This document shows, one piece after another, positions 1 through 7,845 of a stretch of 64,000 bases of DNA. The notes under the pieces are model-generated. The model was not told where the DNA came from. It searched no databases and worked only from the letters and a program-made list of their open reading frames with translations. The translations under genes and the position numbers were made by a program. The stretch covers positions 28,124 to 92,123 of the forward strand of contig DATAUW010000002.1 of the NCBI GenBank assembly GCA_036268055.1, given 5' to 3'. The stretch's first letter is position 1; each line of letters opens with the position of its first letter. This stretch comes from Verrucomicrobiia bacterium. GTDB lineage: Bacteria; Verrucomicrobiota; Verrucomicrobiia; Limisphaerales; Pedosphaeraceae.

Positions 1-1000
1 TCGGCTCGCCGCCCATCGTCAAGCGCACATCATTCTTTTTCAGGTCGGCGTCAATCTTGTGCCCAAGCGATTCGATCTCAATCCATTGTTCCTCGGTATA
101 AGGCTTCGTGACGCGCGGCGATTCGTAGATGCGCCGCACGGACATCTCGTGGGAAAATTTGGTTTTGCATTTGTCTATCGCGCCGCTCACGGGCGCCGCG
201 CCAGTGGGCTTGGGCGAACAGGCGAGGGGAATGTGCCCTTCCCCGGCGAAGAGTCCCGACGTGGGATCAAGACCGATCCAGCCGGCGCCAGGAAGATAAA
301 CTTCCGTCCACGCGTGCAGGTCAGTGAAATCAATTTCCGAACCGGATGGGCCGTCGAGCGATTTGACGTCGGGCTTGAGTTGAATCAGGTAGCCGGAAAC
401 GAAACGCGCAGCGAGGCCGAGTTGGCGAAGGATGTGGACGAATAGCCACGCGGAATCGCGGCAGGAACCCGAGCGGAGTTGCAAAGTCGTCTCGGGCTTT
501 TGCACGCCCGATTCCATGCGGATGAGATACTTGATGTCGCGCCAGAGCTTTTGGTTGATCTTGACCAGGAAATCAATCGTGCGCGCTTCCGACACATCCA
601 CGGTCTGAAGATATTCCGCGAGAAAGGGCCCGGGCGTCCGCTTTTTGATGAACGGGCCGAGTTCCTTTTTTAGGGCGGGCTCATATTGAAACGGATATTT
701 TTCAGCAGACGGTTCGAGGAAAAAATCGAACGGATTGTAAACCGCCATCTCGGCGATGAGATCAATTTCAACGAGGAATTCCGTGGCTTTATCAGGAATG
801 GTGAGGCGCGCGAGGTAATTGCTGAAGGGGTCCTGCTGCCAGTTGAGAAAATGTTTCTCGGGAAGAATTTTTTGCGAGTAACTGAGAATGGGCGTGCGGC
901 AATGCGGCGCGGGTCGTAGGCGGATGACGTGCGGCGAATGCGCGACCGGGCGGTCGTACAAATAATGGGTGCGATGATTAAGCGCGACGTGTATGGGCAT
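1..1000 (-). CDS. Transglutaminase-like family protein. Partial: the C-terminus runs off the left window edge. Third gene of the CP-ATP-grasp/alpha-E/transglutaminase module.
   Basis: Manual translation of the minus strand from the ATG at 1000 gives MPIHVALNHRTHYLYDRPVAHSPHVIRLRPAPHCRTP..., which is a Bact_transglu_N-type N-terminus. This is followed by ...LQLRSGSCRDSAWLFVHILRQLGLAARFVSGYL..., which contains the transglutaminase-core catalytic Cys. The frame is open to position 1. It is absent from the ORF track because it is edge-truncated. Confidence 0.85.
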   Translation of the reverse strand, partial: MPIHVALNHRTHYLYDRPVAHSPHVIRLRPAPHCRTPILSYSQKILPEKHFLNWQQDPFSNYLARLTIPDKATEFLVEIDLIAEMAVYNPFDFFLEPSAEKYPFQYEPALKKELGPFIKKRTPGPFLAEYLQTVDVSEARTIDFLVKINQKLWRDIKYLIRMESGVQKPETTLQLRSGSCRDSAWLFVHILRQLGLAARFVSGYLIQLKPDVKSLDGPSGSEIDFTDLHAWTEVYLPGAGWIGLDPTSGLFAGEGHIPLACSPKPTGAAPVSGAIDKCKTKFSHEMSVRRIYESPRVTKPYTEEQWIEIESLGHKIDADLKKNDVRLTMGGEP

Positions 1001-1044
1001 GAGTCGGTGGCGAGATGGTTTTTGTGCGCCGTGGTATGGGACGT

Positions 1045-1290
1045 TGATTTTGACGCAGAGGCGCAGAGGCGCAGAGGCGCAGAGGAGGAAAGAATGGCGA
1101 GATAATGAAAGAAATGAGTTTTTCTTCATCCCATTTCTGTCCTCGCTTAATTACGAAATGAGATTTCACGAGCGCCAACAGCTTGTGATTTATACGTCTA
1201 AGCCACCTGCTGGAGTCTTCTCCCTCTCCGCCGCTTGCGGGGGAGAGGGTTGGGGAGAGGTGGTCCCGTTCACCCCATTTATGGATAAGG
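1045..1290. repeat. Composite repeat region, a degenerate MITE-like relative of the element at 53091-53204. It includes a tandem octamer (gcagaggc) of about 4.5 copies at 1054-1090 and an inverted repeat ccctctccgcc..ggggagaggg at 1215-1250.
   Basis: ttttgacgcagaggcgcagagg... matches the left TIR of the element at 53091. The internal ggaaagaa..atgag string is shared with it. It occupies the unusually long spacer between the alpha-E and transglutaminase genes. Confidence 0.45.
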
Positions 1291-1387
1291 AGAAGATTGA
1301 GGGTTCGATTGTTTTGGGAGATTCGTGTGCATTGAGAGTTAGCAAGGTCTTCGCGCTCGGGGGCAGGGATGCTCGCGCGATTTGAGT

Positions 1388-2371
1388 TCATTGCACACGC
1401 TCTTTGACGGGAGTTTTGGCTTCGGGCATGCGCTTGGCGAGGAAGCGCTCGTAGATGCCGGTACTCGCGAGGTTCATGTTGGTTTGCAGCGCGTCGAGAT
1501 ATTCGTGGAGACCGCTGTTCATGATTTCGTCCATGTTCGCGTAGGCAAGGTCGGAGCAAATCTGGCCAAGCAATTTTTCAGCAGGCTTGCGGTACGTGCC
1601 GATGGGTGTGCCGGAAATGGCGTGGAGCGAATCGCGGGCGGTGCTGAGGCAAAAGCGAATCGCGCGCGGGAACTCGGGGTTGAGCAAAAGAAATTCGGCA
1701 ATCGCCTGCGGCGAGATGCGACCGTGGCATTTGCGATACATCTCAAACGCGCTGGCCGAACGCAACACGGCGATCCATTGCACCTCGTCCAGCGGCGTGC
1801 CGACGTCCTGCACGGAGCGAAGCAGAATAAAATATTTTACGTCGAGAATGCGGGAAGTTTTATCGGCGCGCTCAAGCAGTCGCCCAAGCCGGCCAAAGTG
1901 CCAGCCTTCGCCGTGAGTCATGGTGGCATCGGTGATGCCGCTGAAAAGATGGCTCGCGAGTTTGACCTCGGAAAAAAATTCGTTGGGCGAATAAAACCCC
2001 TTGCCGCTGGTGGCGGCGGAATTAACCATCAAAAAAAATGTGTTCAGTTGCAGCCACATTTCCGACGAGATGATTTCTCGGACGGAATGCGCATTTTCCC
2101 GCGCAGCGCGAAGGCAGGAAATGATCGAATTGGGATTATCACGATCGAAAGTCAAAAACTGGATGACGTTTTCCTGCGTGGCCGCGCCTTTGTAACGCTC
2201 ACCGAAAGATTCATGATCGCCGGTGATATTGACGAGCGGTTCCCATTGCTGATCCGCATTGCCGGAGTCCAGCATGAGATTCAAATTGACGTCCACAAAG
2301 CGCGCGACATTTTCCGCGCGCTCGACATAGCGGCTCATCCAGTAAATTGAATCGGCGACGCGGCTGAGCAT
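1388..2371 (-). CDS. Alpha-E domain protein (DUF403), the middle gene of the CP-ATP-grasp module
   Basis: 327 aa, MLSRVADSIYWMSRYVERAENVARFVDVNL... is a typical alpha-E N-terminus. Its start codon overlaps the upstream gene stop at 2371. Confidence 0.85.
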   Translation of the reverse strand: MLSRVADSIYWMSRYVERAENVARFVDVNLNLMLDSGNADQQWEPLVNITGDHESFGERYKGAATQENVIQFLTFDRDNPNSIISCLRAARENAHSVREIISSEMWLQLNTFFLMVNSAATSGKGFYSPNEFFSEVKLASHLFSGITDATMTHGEGWHFGRLGRLLERADKTSRILDVKYFILLRSVQDVGTPLDEVQWIAVLRSASAFEMYRKCHGRISPQAIAEFLLLNPEFPRAIRFCLSTARDSLHAISGTPIGTYRKPAEKLLGQICSDLAYANMDEIMNSGLHEYLDALQTNMNLASTGIYERFLAKRMPEAKTPVKERVQ

Positions 2372-3897
2372 CAGGCATTCGCTCCTGCCACCTGGGATTG
2401 GCTTTGGGTTTGAGGCTGGGGCTGAGTGTCTTTATGAGTATCGGTCTCGTGGGATATGGGACTGTCGGCCAGCACCCAGGTATCTTTGCTGCCGCCGCCC
2501 TGGGAGGAATTCACAACCAGCGAACCTTTCTTGAGCGCGACGCGAGTAAGGCCGCCCGGCAGTACGAAAATATCTTTGCCATATAATATATATGGCCGGA
2601 GATCCACATGACGGCCAGCGAGGCTGCCGTCCACCAGCGTGGGGACGCGCGAAAGCGCCAGCGTCGGCTGGGCGATGTAGTTGCGCGGATTGGCCACAAT
2701 TCGCTTGGCGAATTCCGCGTGATCTTCCTTCGTTGCGTGCGGACCGATGAGCATGCCGTAACCGCCGGATTCGTTGGCGGCTTTAACGACCAGTTCGGGC
2801 AGATGTTCGAGCACGTATTTCAAATCTTTTTCCTCGGCGCAAATATAGGTGGGCACATTGGGAAGAATAATATCTTCGCCCAGATAATATTTGATGATGC
2901 GCGGGACGTAAGCGTAAACGACTTTGTCATCGGCGACGCCGGTGCCGGGGGCATTGGCGAGAGCGACGTTGCCGGATTTGTAAACACTCATCAGGCCCGG
3001 CACGCCAAGCATGGAATCCGCGCGGAACGCCTCAGGGTCAAGAAAGTCATCATCCACTCGGCGGTAGATGACATCCACGCGCTCGAAGCCGTTCGTCGTG
3101 CGCATCCAGACGTAACCTTCCGACACGACGAGGTCGCTGCCTTCGACGAGTTCCACGCCCATTTGTTGCGCGAGAAACGAATGCTCAAAGTAAGCGGAAT
3201 TGAAAACGCCCGGCGTCAGCACAACCACGCGCGGAGAACTCGAGGCGTCAGGCGCGAGATATTCGAGCATGTCCCGCAGTCGAATGGGATAATTCGAGAC
3301 GGGCCGAATGTGCGACGCGGCGAAGACTTGCGGAAAAAGACTTTTCATCAACCGCCGATTTTCCAATACGTAGGAAACGCCGGATGGACAGCGAAGATTG
3401 TCTTCGAGAACGTAAATATTGCCGTCGCTGTGACGAACAAGGTCCGTGCCGGTGATGTGACACCAGATGTCGCGCGGCGGATTAATGCCGACGCATTGTT
3501 CGCGAAAACCTTTGGACGACGAGATGATGTCCATGGGAACCGCGCCGTCCTTGATGATCTTGCGGTCGTGATAAAGATCGTCAATGAACAGGTTCAGCGC
3601 GCGGATGCGCTGGGTGAGGCCGCGTTCAATACGCTGCCATTCGGTGGCATCCACGATTCGCGGGACCAGGTCGAAGGGCAAAGTCTTTTCCACGCCGGCG
3701 CTTTCGCCGTAAACATTAAAAGTGATGCCGGCCTGAATCAACGCACGGTCGGCGGCAAGCTGGCGGTTGAGCAATTCGCCGGGAGGAAGTGATTCGATGT
3801 TGCGAGCAAGAGGCTTTGCGGCGGCGCGTGGTTGGCCATTCTTGCAGAACATTTCATCAAAAAAACCGCCGCAATCGTATTCGTGAAAATAATTCAT
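2371..3897 (-). CDS. Circularly permuted ATP-grasp type 2 protein (DUF404/DUF407 amidoligase-like)
   Basis: 508 aa with conserved family-level similarity across its length. The gene order CP-ATP-grasp > alpha-E > transglutaminase is the canonical conserved operon. The C-terminal ~25 aa form a Thr/Gln/Pro-rich tail (DTHKDTQPQPQTQSQSQ). Confidence 0.85.
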   Translation of the reverse strand: MNYFHEYDCGGFFDEMFCKNGQPRAAAKPLARNIESLPPGELLNRQLAADRALIQAGITFNVYGESAGVEKTLPFDLVPRIVDATEWQRIERGLTQRIRALNLFIDDLYHDRKIIKDGAVPMDIISSSKGFREQCVGINPPRDIWCHITGTDLVRHSDGNIYVLEDNLRCPSGVSYVLENRRLMKSLFPQVFAASHIRPVSNYPIRLRDMLEYLAPDASSSPRVVVLTPGVFNSAYFEHSFLAQQMGVELVEGSDLVVSEGYVWMRTTNGFERVDVIYRRVDDDFLDPEAFRADSMLGVPGLMSVYKSGNVALANAPGTGVADDKVVYAYVPRIIKYYLGEDIILPNVPTYICAEEKDLKYVLEHLPELVVKAANESGGYGMLIGPHATKEDHAEFAKRIVANPRNYIAQPTLALSRVPTLVDGSLAGRHVDLRPYILYGKDIFVLPGGLTRVALKKGSLVVNSSQGGGSKDTWVLADSPISHETDTHKDTQPQPQTQSQSQVAGANA

Positions 3898-4526
3898 CGG
3901 TGGAGGCGGGTCGCCAGAGTTTGGACACGACTCGCCCGCATCGAAGGAGAAGCGGCAAGGCGCTCAAAAAAACGCCGACACGATGTGGATTCAGCCAGGT
4001 TTAACGCTTCCGTCATAAGAGTTTCGCGAGCCAGGAACTCAAGGCCATTGAGCATTTCAAGTGCCACGGCCCGACTGACGCGATGAACATTGCCGCAAAC
4101 CATCCCAGGCATGCAGTGGCGGGCATTTTCCATACCCGGGAGCATAGTCATTTCTGAAAGCGACAGCAAATAAATTGCCGGAAAGATGGTCATAAATTTG
4201 CGCCATGTTCAAAAGAAAACAGGGACAGTGCGGAATGCGGAGTGTGGAGTGCGGAATTGTCGCACTAAAATCCAGTTTGATCGTTTGGGTGCACGAAGGA
4301 GGACAGAAAATCGCGATTTTGTGCGCGATTTGCGAACCGAAAGGCAAATTGCTTTATGGAATTTTGCGAGCCGTTTTGTTTAAGCAGAGGCGTAATGGTT
4401 TAAAGATTTTGGAAATGAGGGGGTTAAAATTTTGAGTCCGCGCGACAATCTGTCGCCATCAAAATGTTTTTTGCGGGCATGGGCGTTGCTAAATAAAGCT
4501 GGCCCATTAACAAAAACCAAAAAAAT

Positions 4527-5888
4527 ATGACGACCCCAAATCAAACCGATACATCCACGGATACGGCGTCGCGTTTTCAAAACGCAACGGCGTCCACCAA
4601 CAATAAAAGCAAAATCACCAGCGCGAAGTCTGCGACCGGGTCGAAAGCGGCGTCCAGCAAAGCGAAAAATTCTTCGAGCCAAACGAAGCACACGGGTTCC
4701 AAGGCAAGTGCGAAAGGTTCGAGCGCAAAATTTTCCAAAGGAGCATCCCGTTCGGGCGCTTCCAGGGGAAAGAAAAACCAGAAAGCACAAACAGAAAGAT
4801 CAAATATGTCGAATCAACAGCAGCGAGGCCGAAATGGAAATCGCGGAAGCGATTACAATGACCGCTTTGAAAATCAAGACAACCGCCGGCGCGAAAGCCA
4901 ATCCTCGAACTGGGGACAAAGTTCGGATGATTGGTCTGAACGCTACGGCAACGGCGGGCGTCTCTCGAATCAGGAGCGTGATGAACGCAGCCGTTATGAA
5001 GAGACGGGCAGTCGGCAGGGCAACAACCGCCGGCAAGGGCGCGCGGGCAACGGGGGTTCGCAATCCTCTTCGCAATATCGCGGACAGGATTATTATGACC
5101 GGCAGGATCGCGAGAACTCCGGCACTTCTTCCTATGGATCGCAAAATGAAAATTGGGATGACCAGCGCAATTACGGCCAGAGCAGCCAGCGCGGAGGAAG
5201 TTACGGACGCGGAAGTAATTTCAATCGTGAAGGCCGCGGACATTCGCAGAATTCCCAGGGCTCGCAGAATTGGCGGAACACCGGTCAAAACGACGAGTAT
5301 GATTCGGGAAATTCGCGTTCACAAAACCGTGAGCGCAATCAGGGCTCACAGAGTCGCGGATATAACGAGGAATCGGATTGGGGCCCAGGCTTCAACCAGG
5401 GTTCTCAAAGTTCCAACCGGAATCAACAATCTGGTCAAAATTCGCAACCGCGCAATCGTCGCTCGGAATCGCAGAACCGCGATTGGGATGACGCCGCCGG
5501 ACGCTACGATCAACCAAACGATTATCAATCCTCATCGCGTTCGGGCAGCGGGCGCGATTGGAATGAAACTCATGCAGATCAGCAAGGCAGTCGCCGTCGC
5601 TCGCGCAATCAGACTCAGGAACAATACGACCAGGATCGCTTCCAGAATTCCGATTACGCGCGCGCTTACTCCGGTTCGAGCGACTGGGATGATTCCCAGG
5701 AATATGACCGTCCCGGCAACGTGAGTTCTTCCGGACGACCCGACCGCGAACGCGAAGAGTGGGATCGTTTTGAAAACGAAAGCACCGAGCAGCCCGGCCG
5801 TGAATATCAAAGCTACGATCAGCGTCAACGCGGATCGTCGCGCGGAAATTCGCGTCGGCAATCACGCGATTATTCTCGCTCGAATTAA
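4527..5888 (+). CDS. Hypothetical intrinsically disordered hydrophilic protein. N-terminal Lys/Ser/Ala-rich basic segment. C-terminal Q/N/S/R/G/D/E-rich domain with repeated DW/Y motifs.
   Basis: 453-aa ORF almost devoid of aliphatic residues. There are about 9 Trp residues, each in a xDW[DN][DE]...Y[GD] context. It contains [GS]Y[GS] and RG-rich motifs. A strong intrinsic terminator lies immediately downstream (5917-5952). It sits in a divergent arrangement with the amidoligase operon. The alternative frames are also open because of low complexity, so the coding frame is inferred from the start context and the terminator. Confidence 0.6.
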   Translation: MTTPNQTDTSTDTASRFQNATASTNNKSKITSAKSATGSKAASSKAKNSSSQTKHTGSKASAKGSSAKFSKGASRSGASRGKKNQKAQTERSNMSNQQQRGRNGNRGSDYNDRFENQDNRRRESQSSNWGQSSDDWSERYGNGGRLSNQERDERSRYEETGSRQGNNRRQGRAGNGGSQSSSQYRGQDYYDRQDRENSGTSSYGSQNENWDDQRNYGQSSQRGGSYGRGSNFNREGRGHSQNSQGSQNWRNTGQNDEYDSGNSRSQNRERNQGSQSRGYNEESDWGPGFNQGSQSSNRNQQSGQNSQPRNRRSESQNRDWDDAAGRYDQPNDYQSSSRSGSGRDWNETHADQQGSRRRSRNQTQEQYDQDRFQNSDYARAYSGSSDWDDSQEYDRPGNVSSSGRPDREREEWDRFENESTEQPGREYQSYDQRQRGSSRGNSRRQSRDYSRSN

Positions 5889-5916
5889 TCGGCTAATTCA
5901 GTCCGTAGTGTGAACA

Positions 5917-5952
5917 CGCGGGCAGGACGTTCGTTCTGCCCGCGATTTTTTT
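5917..5952 (+). terminator. Rho-independent terminator of the 4527-5888 gene
   Basis: cgcgggcag / gacgttcgtt / ctgcccgcg stem-loop followed by tttttt. Confidence 0.55.
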
Positions 5953-5990
5953 GACCACAGATTGAACACGAATAAACCCGAAATCGAACG
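5951..5990 (+). repeat. Small dispersed intergenic repeat, family A (ccacagattgaacacgaataaacccgaaatcgaac). It is a divergent member.
   Basis: Shares the ccacgga/ccacaga-t-gaacacg-a core with the copies at 12235, 12945 and 33699 (reverse orientation). Confidence 0.4.
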
Positions 5991-6087
5991 TAAAACAGAC
6001 TTTGACGCGTATTGCTAAAAGCTAATGCAAAGTTTTCGAGCCAATCGTTTCAAGCATTCGATTCAGCCTAACGCCTTTTTCCTTTTG

Positions 6088-6120
6088 AACTGAAAACTGA
6101 AAACTTGAAACTGAAAACTC
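6088..6120. repeat. Tandem heptamer array (tgaaaac)(tgaaaac)(ttgaaac)(tgaaaac), upstream of gltX
   Basis: Direct reading of ctgaaaactgaaaacttgaaactgaaaactc. Similar arrays occur at 58087-58122, 37318-37345, 12193-12215 and 13505-13530. Confidence 0.5.
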
Positions 6121-6231
6121 TCTGCCGCGTTTACTCTGTGGCTGAAAAAAGAGCATTGAGTAACACTTGCCAGTCTGGGCGGAGACGCATTAGGGTGGGG
6201 AGAATTTGATTTTGGAAATTTTATATTCAAT

Positions 6232-7578
6232 ATGAAAGTACGGGTAAGATTTGCTCCGAGTCCGACGGGTTTTTTGCACATCGGCGGCGCGCGAACGGCG
6301 TTGTTCAACTGGCTGTATGCGCGGCATACGGGCGGGACATTTGTATTGCGCGTCGAAGACACTGACGCGGCGCGCAACTCACAGGAGGCGGTGGATGTCA
6401 TCCTGAACGGCTTGCGCTGGCTGGGACTCGATTGGGACGAAGGCCCGATCAGCGGCGACGTGACCGGGCCGAGCAAGGGGGATCGCGGGCCGTATTTTCA
6501 GAGCCAGCGAAGCGAGAATTATAAATTGCGTGTGGAGGCATTGTTGTCGCACGGACTCGCGTACGAGCACGAAGGCGCGGTGAAATTCAGGATGCAGCGC
6601 GAACCGGTCGTCATCCCGGATTTGGTCGTGGGAAATGTGACGCGTGAATTGACCGACCGTGAAAAACTCGACCCGGATTTTGTGATCGTGCGCTCGGATG
6701 GTCAGCCGGTGTTTCATCTCGTGAACGTCATTGATGATTTGGAAATGGGCATCACGCACGTAATCCGCGGCGAAGATCATTTGAGCAACACCGCGAAGCA
6801 CATTGCGTTGTTCCGTGCGTTCGGCATCGAGCCGCCGAAGTATGCGCACATTCCGCTTATTTTGAATATTGACGGGTCGAAGATGAGCAAGCGCGATAAG
6901 GGCGCTTCACTGATGACGTATCTGGACGAAGGTTACGCGCCCGAAGCGGTGGTGAATTATTTGTCGCTGCTGGGGTGGTCACCCAAGGGCAATCGCGAGA
7001 AAGTGCCGATCAAGGAAGTCGTCGAGCTTTTTGATCTACCACAAATTTTGCGTCACAATTCCCGATTCGATCTGAATAAATTGCACTGGCTCAACGGCGA
7101 ATACATTCGTGAGATGACGCTGGACCGGTTTCACGAATTGGCGGTGCACGCGCTGGGGCGCCTCGGAATTGATACGAACAAGTATCCGCTGGATTATGTG
7201 AAGGCAGCGCTCGATACGTGCAAGGCGAAGGTGAAATTATTTTCCGAAGTGCCCACGTTTGCGGATTTTTATTTCAAGGACGTGATTGAATTGGACGCGG
7301 AAATGTTGAAAAAAGATTTCCCCGCCGAATTGAAACCGAAGCTGAAACATTTGCGCGATGCGCTCTCCATGTTGCTGAAGTTTGACTCGGACACATTGAA
7401 CCGGACGACGAAGGAAGTGGCGGGCCAACTCGGAGTGGGCATCGGCGTGCTGGTGCATCCAACGCGACTGGCATGCACCGGGCGAACGGTCGGACCGAGC
7501 TTGTATCACTTGATGGAGGTACTGGGAAAAGAGCGGGTGGTGGCGCGGTTTGATTGGGTATTGGGGATGATGGGGTAA
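6232..7578 (+). CDS. gltX: Glutamate--tRNA ligase
   Basis: 448 aa. The HIGH motif (PTGFLHIGGAR) and the KMSKS motif (KMSKR) are present. Family-level similarity along the whole length. Confidence 0.95.
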   Translation: MKVRVRFAPSPTGFLHIGGARTALFNWLYARHTGGTFVLRVEDTDAARNSQEAVDVILNGLRWLGLDWDEGPISGDVTGPSKGDRGPYFQSQRSENYKLRVEALLSHGLAYEHEGAVKFRMQREPVVIPDLVVGNVTRELTDREKLDPDFVIVRSDGQPVFHLVNVIDDLEMGITHVIRGEDHLSNTAKHIALFRAFGIEPPKYAHIPLILNIDGSKMSKRDKGASLMTYLDEGYAPEAVVNYLSLLGWSPKGNREKVPIKEVVELFDLPQILRHNSRFDLNKLHWLNGEYIREMTLDRFHELAVHALGRLGIDTNKYPLDYVKAALDTCKAKVKLFSEVPTFADFYFKDVIELDAEMLKKDFPAELKPKLKHLRDALSMLLKFDSDTLNRTTKEVAGQLGVGIGVLVHPTRLACTGRTVGPSLYHLMEVLGKERVVARFDWVLGMMG

Positions 7579-7845
7579 GTCCATGCGAGACTGCGGTGGT
7601 GGAGCGGCAGCATCGCGCCACCACGTCACAGTTGAAATAGCCCACCGACTCAATGCGCGGCTTGAAAACATTTGCCTTTCTTCCGACGTTGCTTCTGAAT
7701 CTACACCGACAATCAAAAAGTCATGGCCGTGGTTCCCGAACTCTATCACATTTTCAAATTAGGCCCGCCCAAGGCCGATGCCCACGAGTGTATGGTATTC
7801 CGGGTCGGATGATGCGCGCCGCAGAAAATTTGTGAACTGATCTCT

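Noticed and set aside
1054-1090. Possible CRISPR-like array (gcagaggc x4.5)
   Set aside because: It is a contiguous 8-nt microsatellite without spacers. No cas genes are anywhere in the window.
993-1385. 130-aa plus-strand ORF in the alpha-E/transglutaminase spacer
   Set aside because: It overlies the tandem octamer and the inverted repeats of the MITE-like insertion. The translation is low complexity (RRRGAEAQRRKEW) with no start context. It is treated as non-coding.
4708-5724. Alternative +2-frame ORF (338 aa) and minus-strand ORFs (4800-5288, 5392-5865) over the low-complexity gene
   Set aside because: They are by-products of the compositional bias of 4527-5888. The frame starting at 4527 is the only one that runs start to stop across the entire region and ends at the terminator. 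Still, the frame choice is inferential (see finding).
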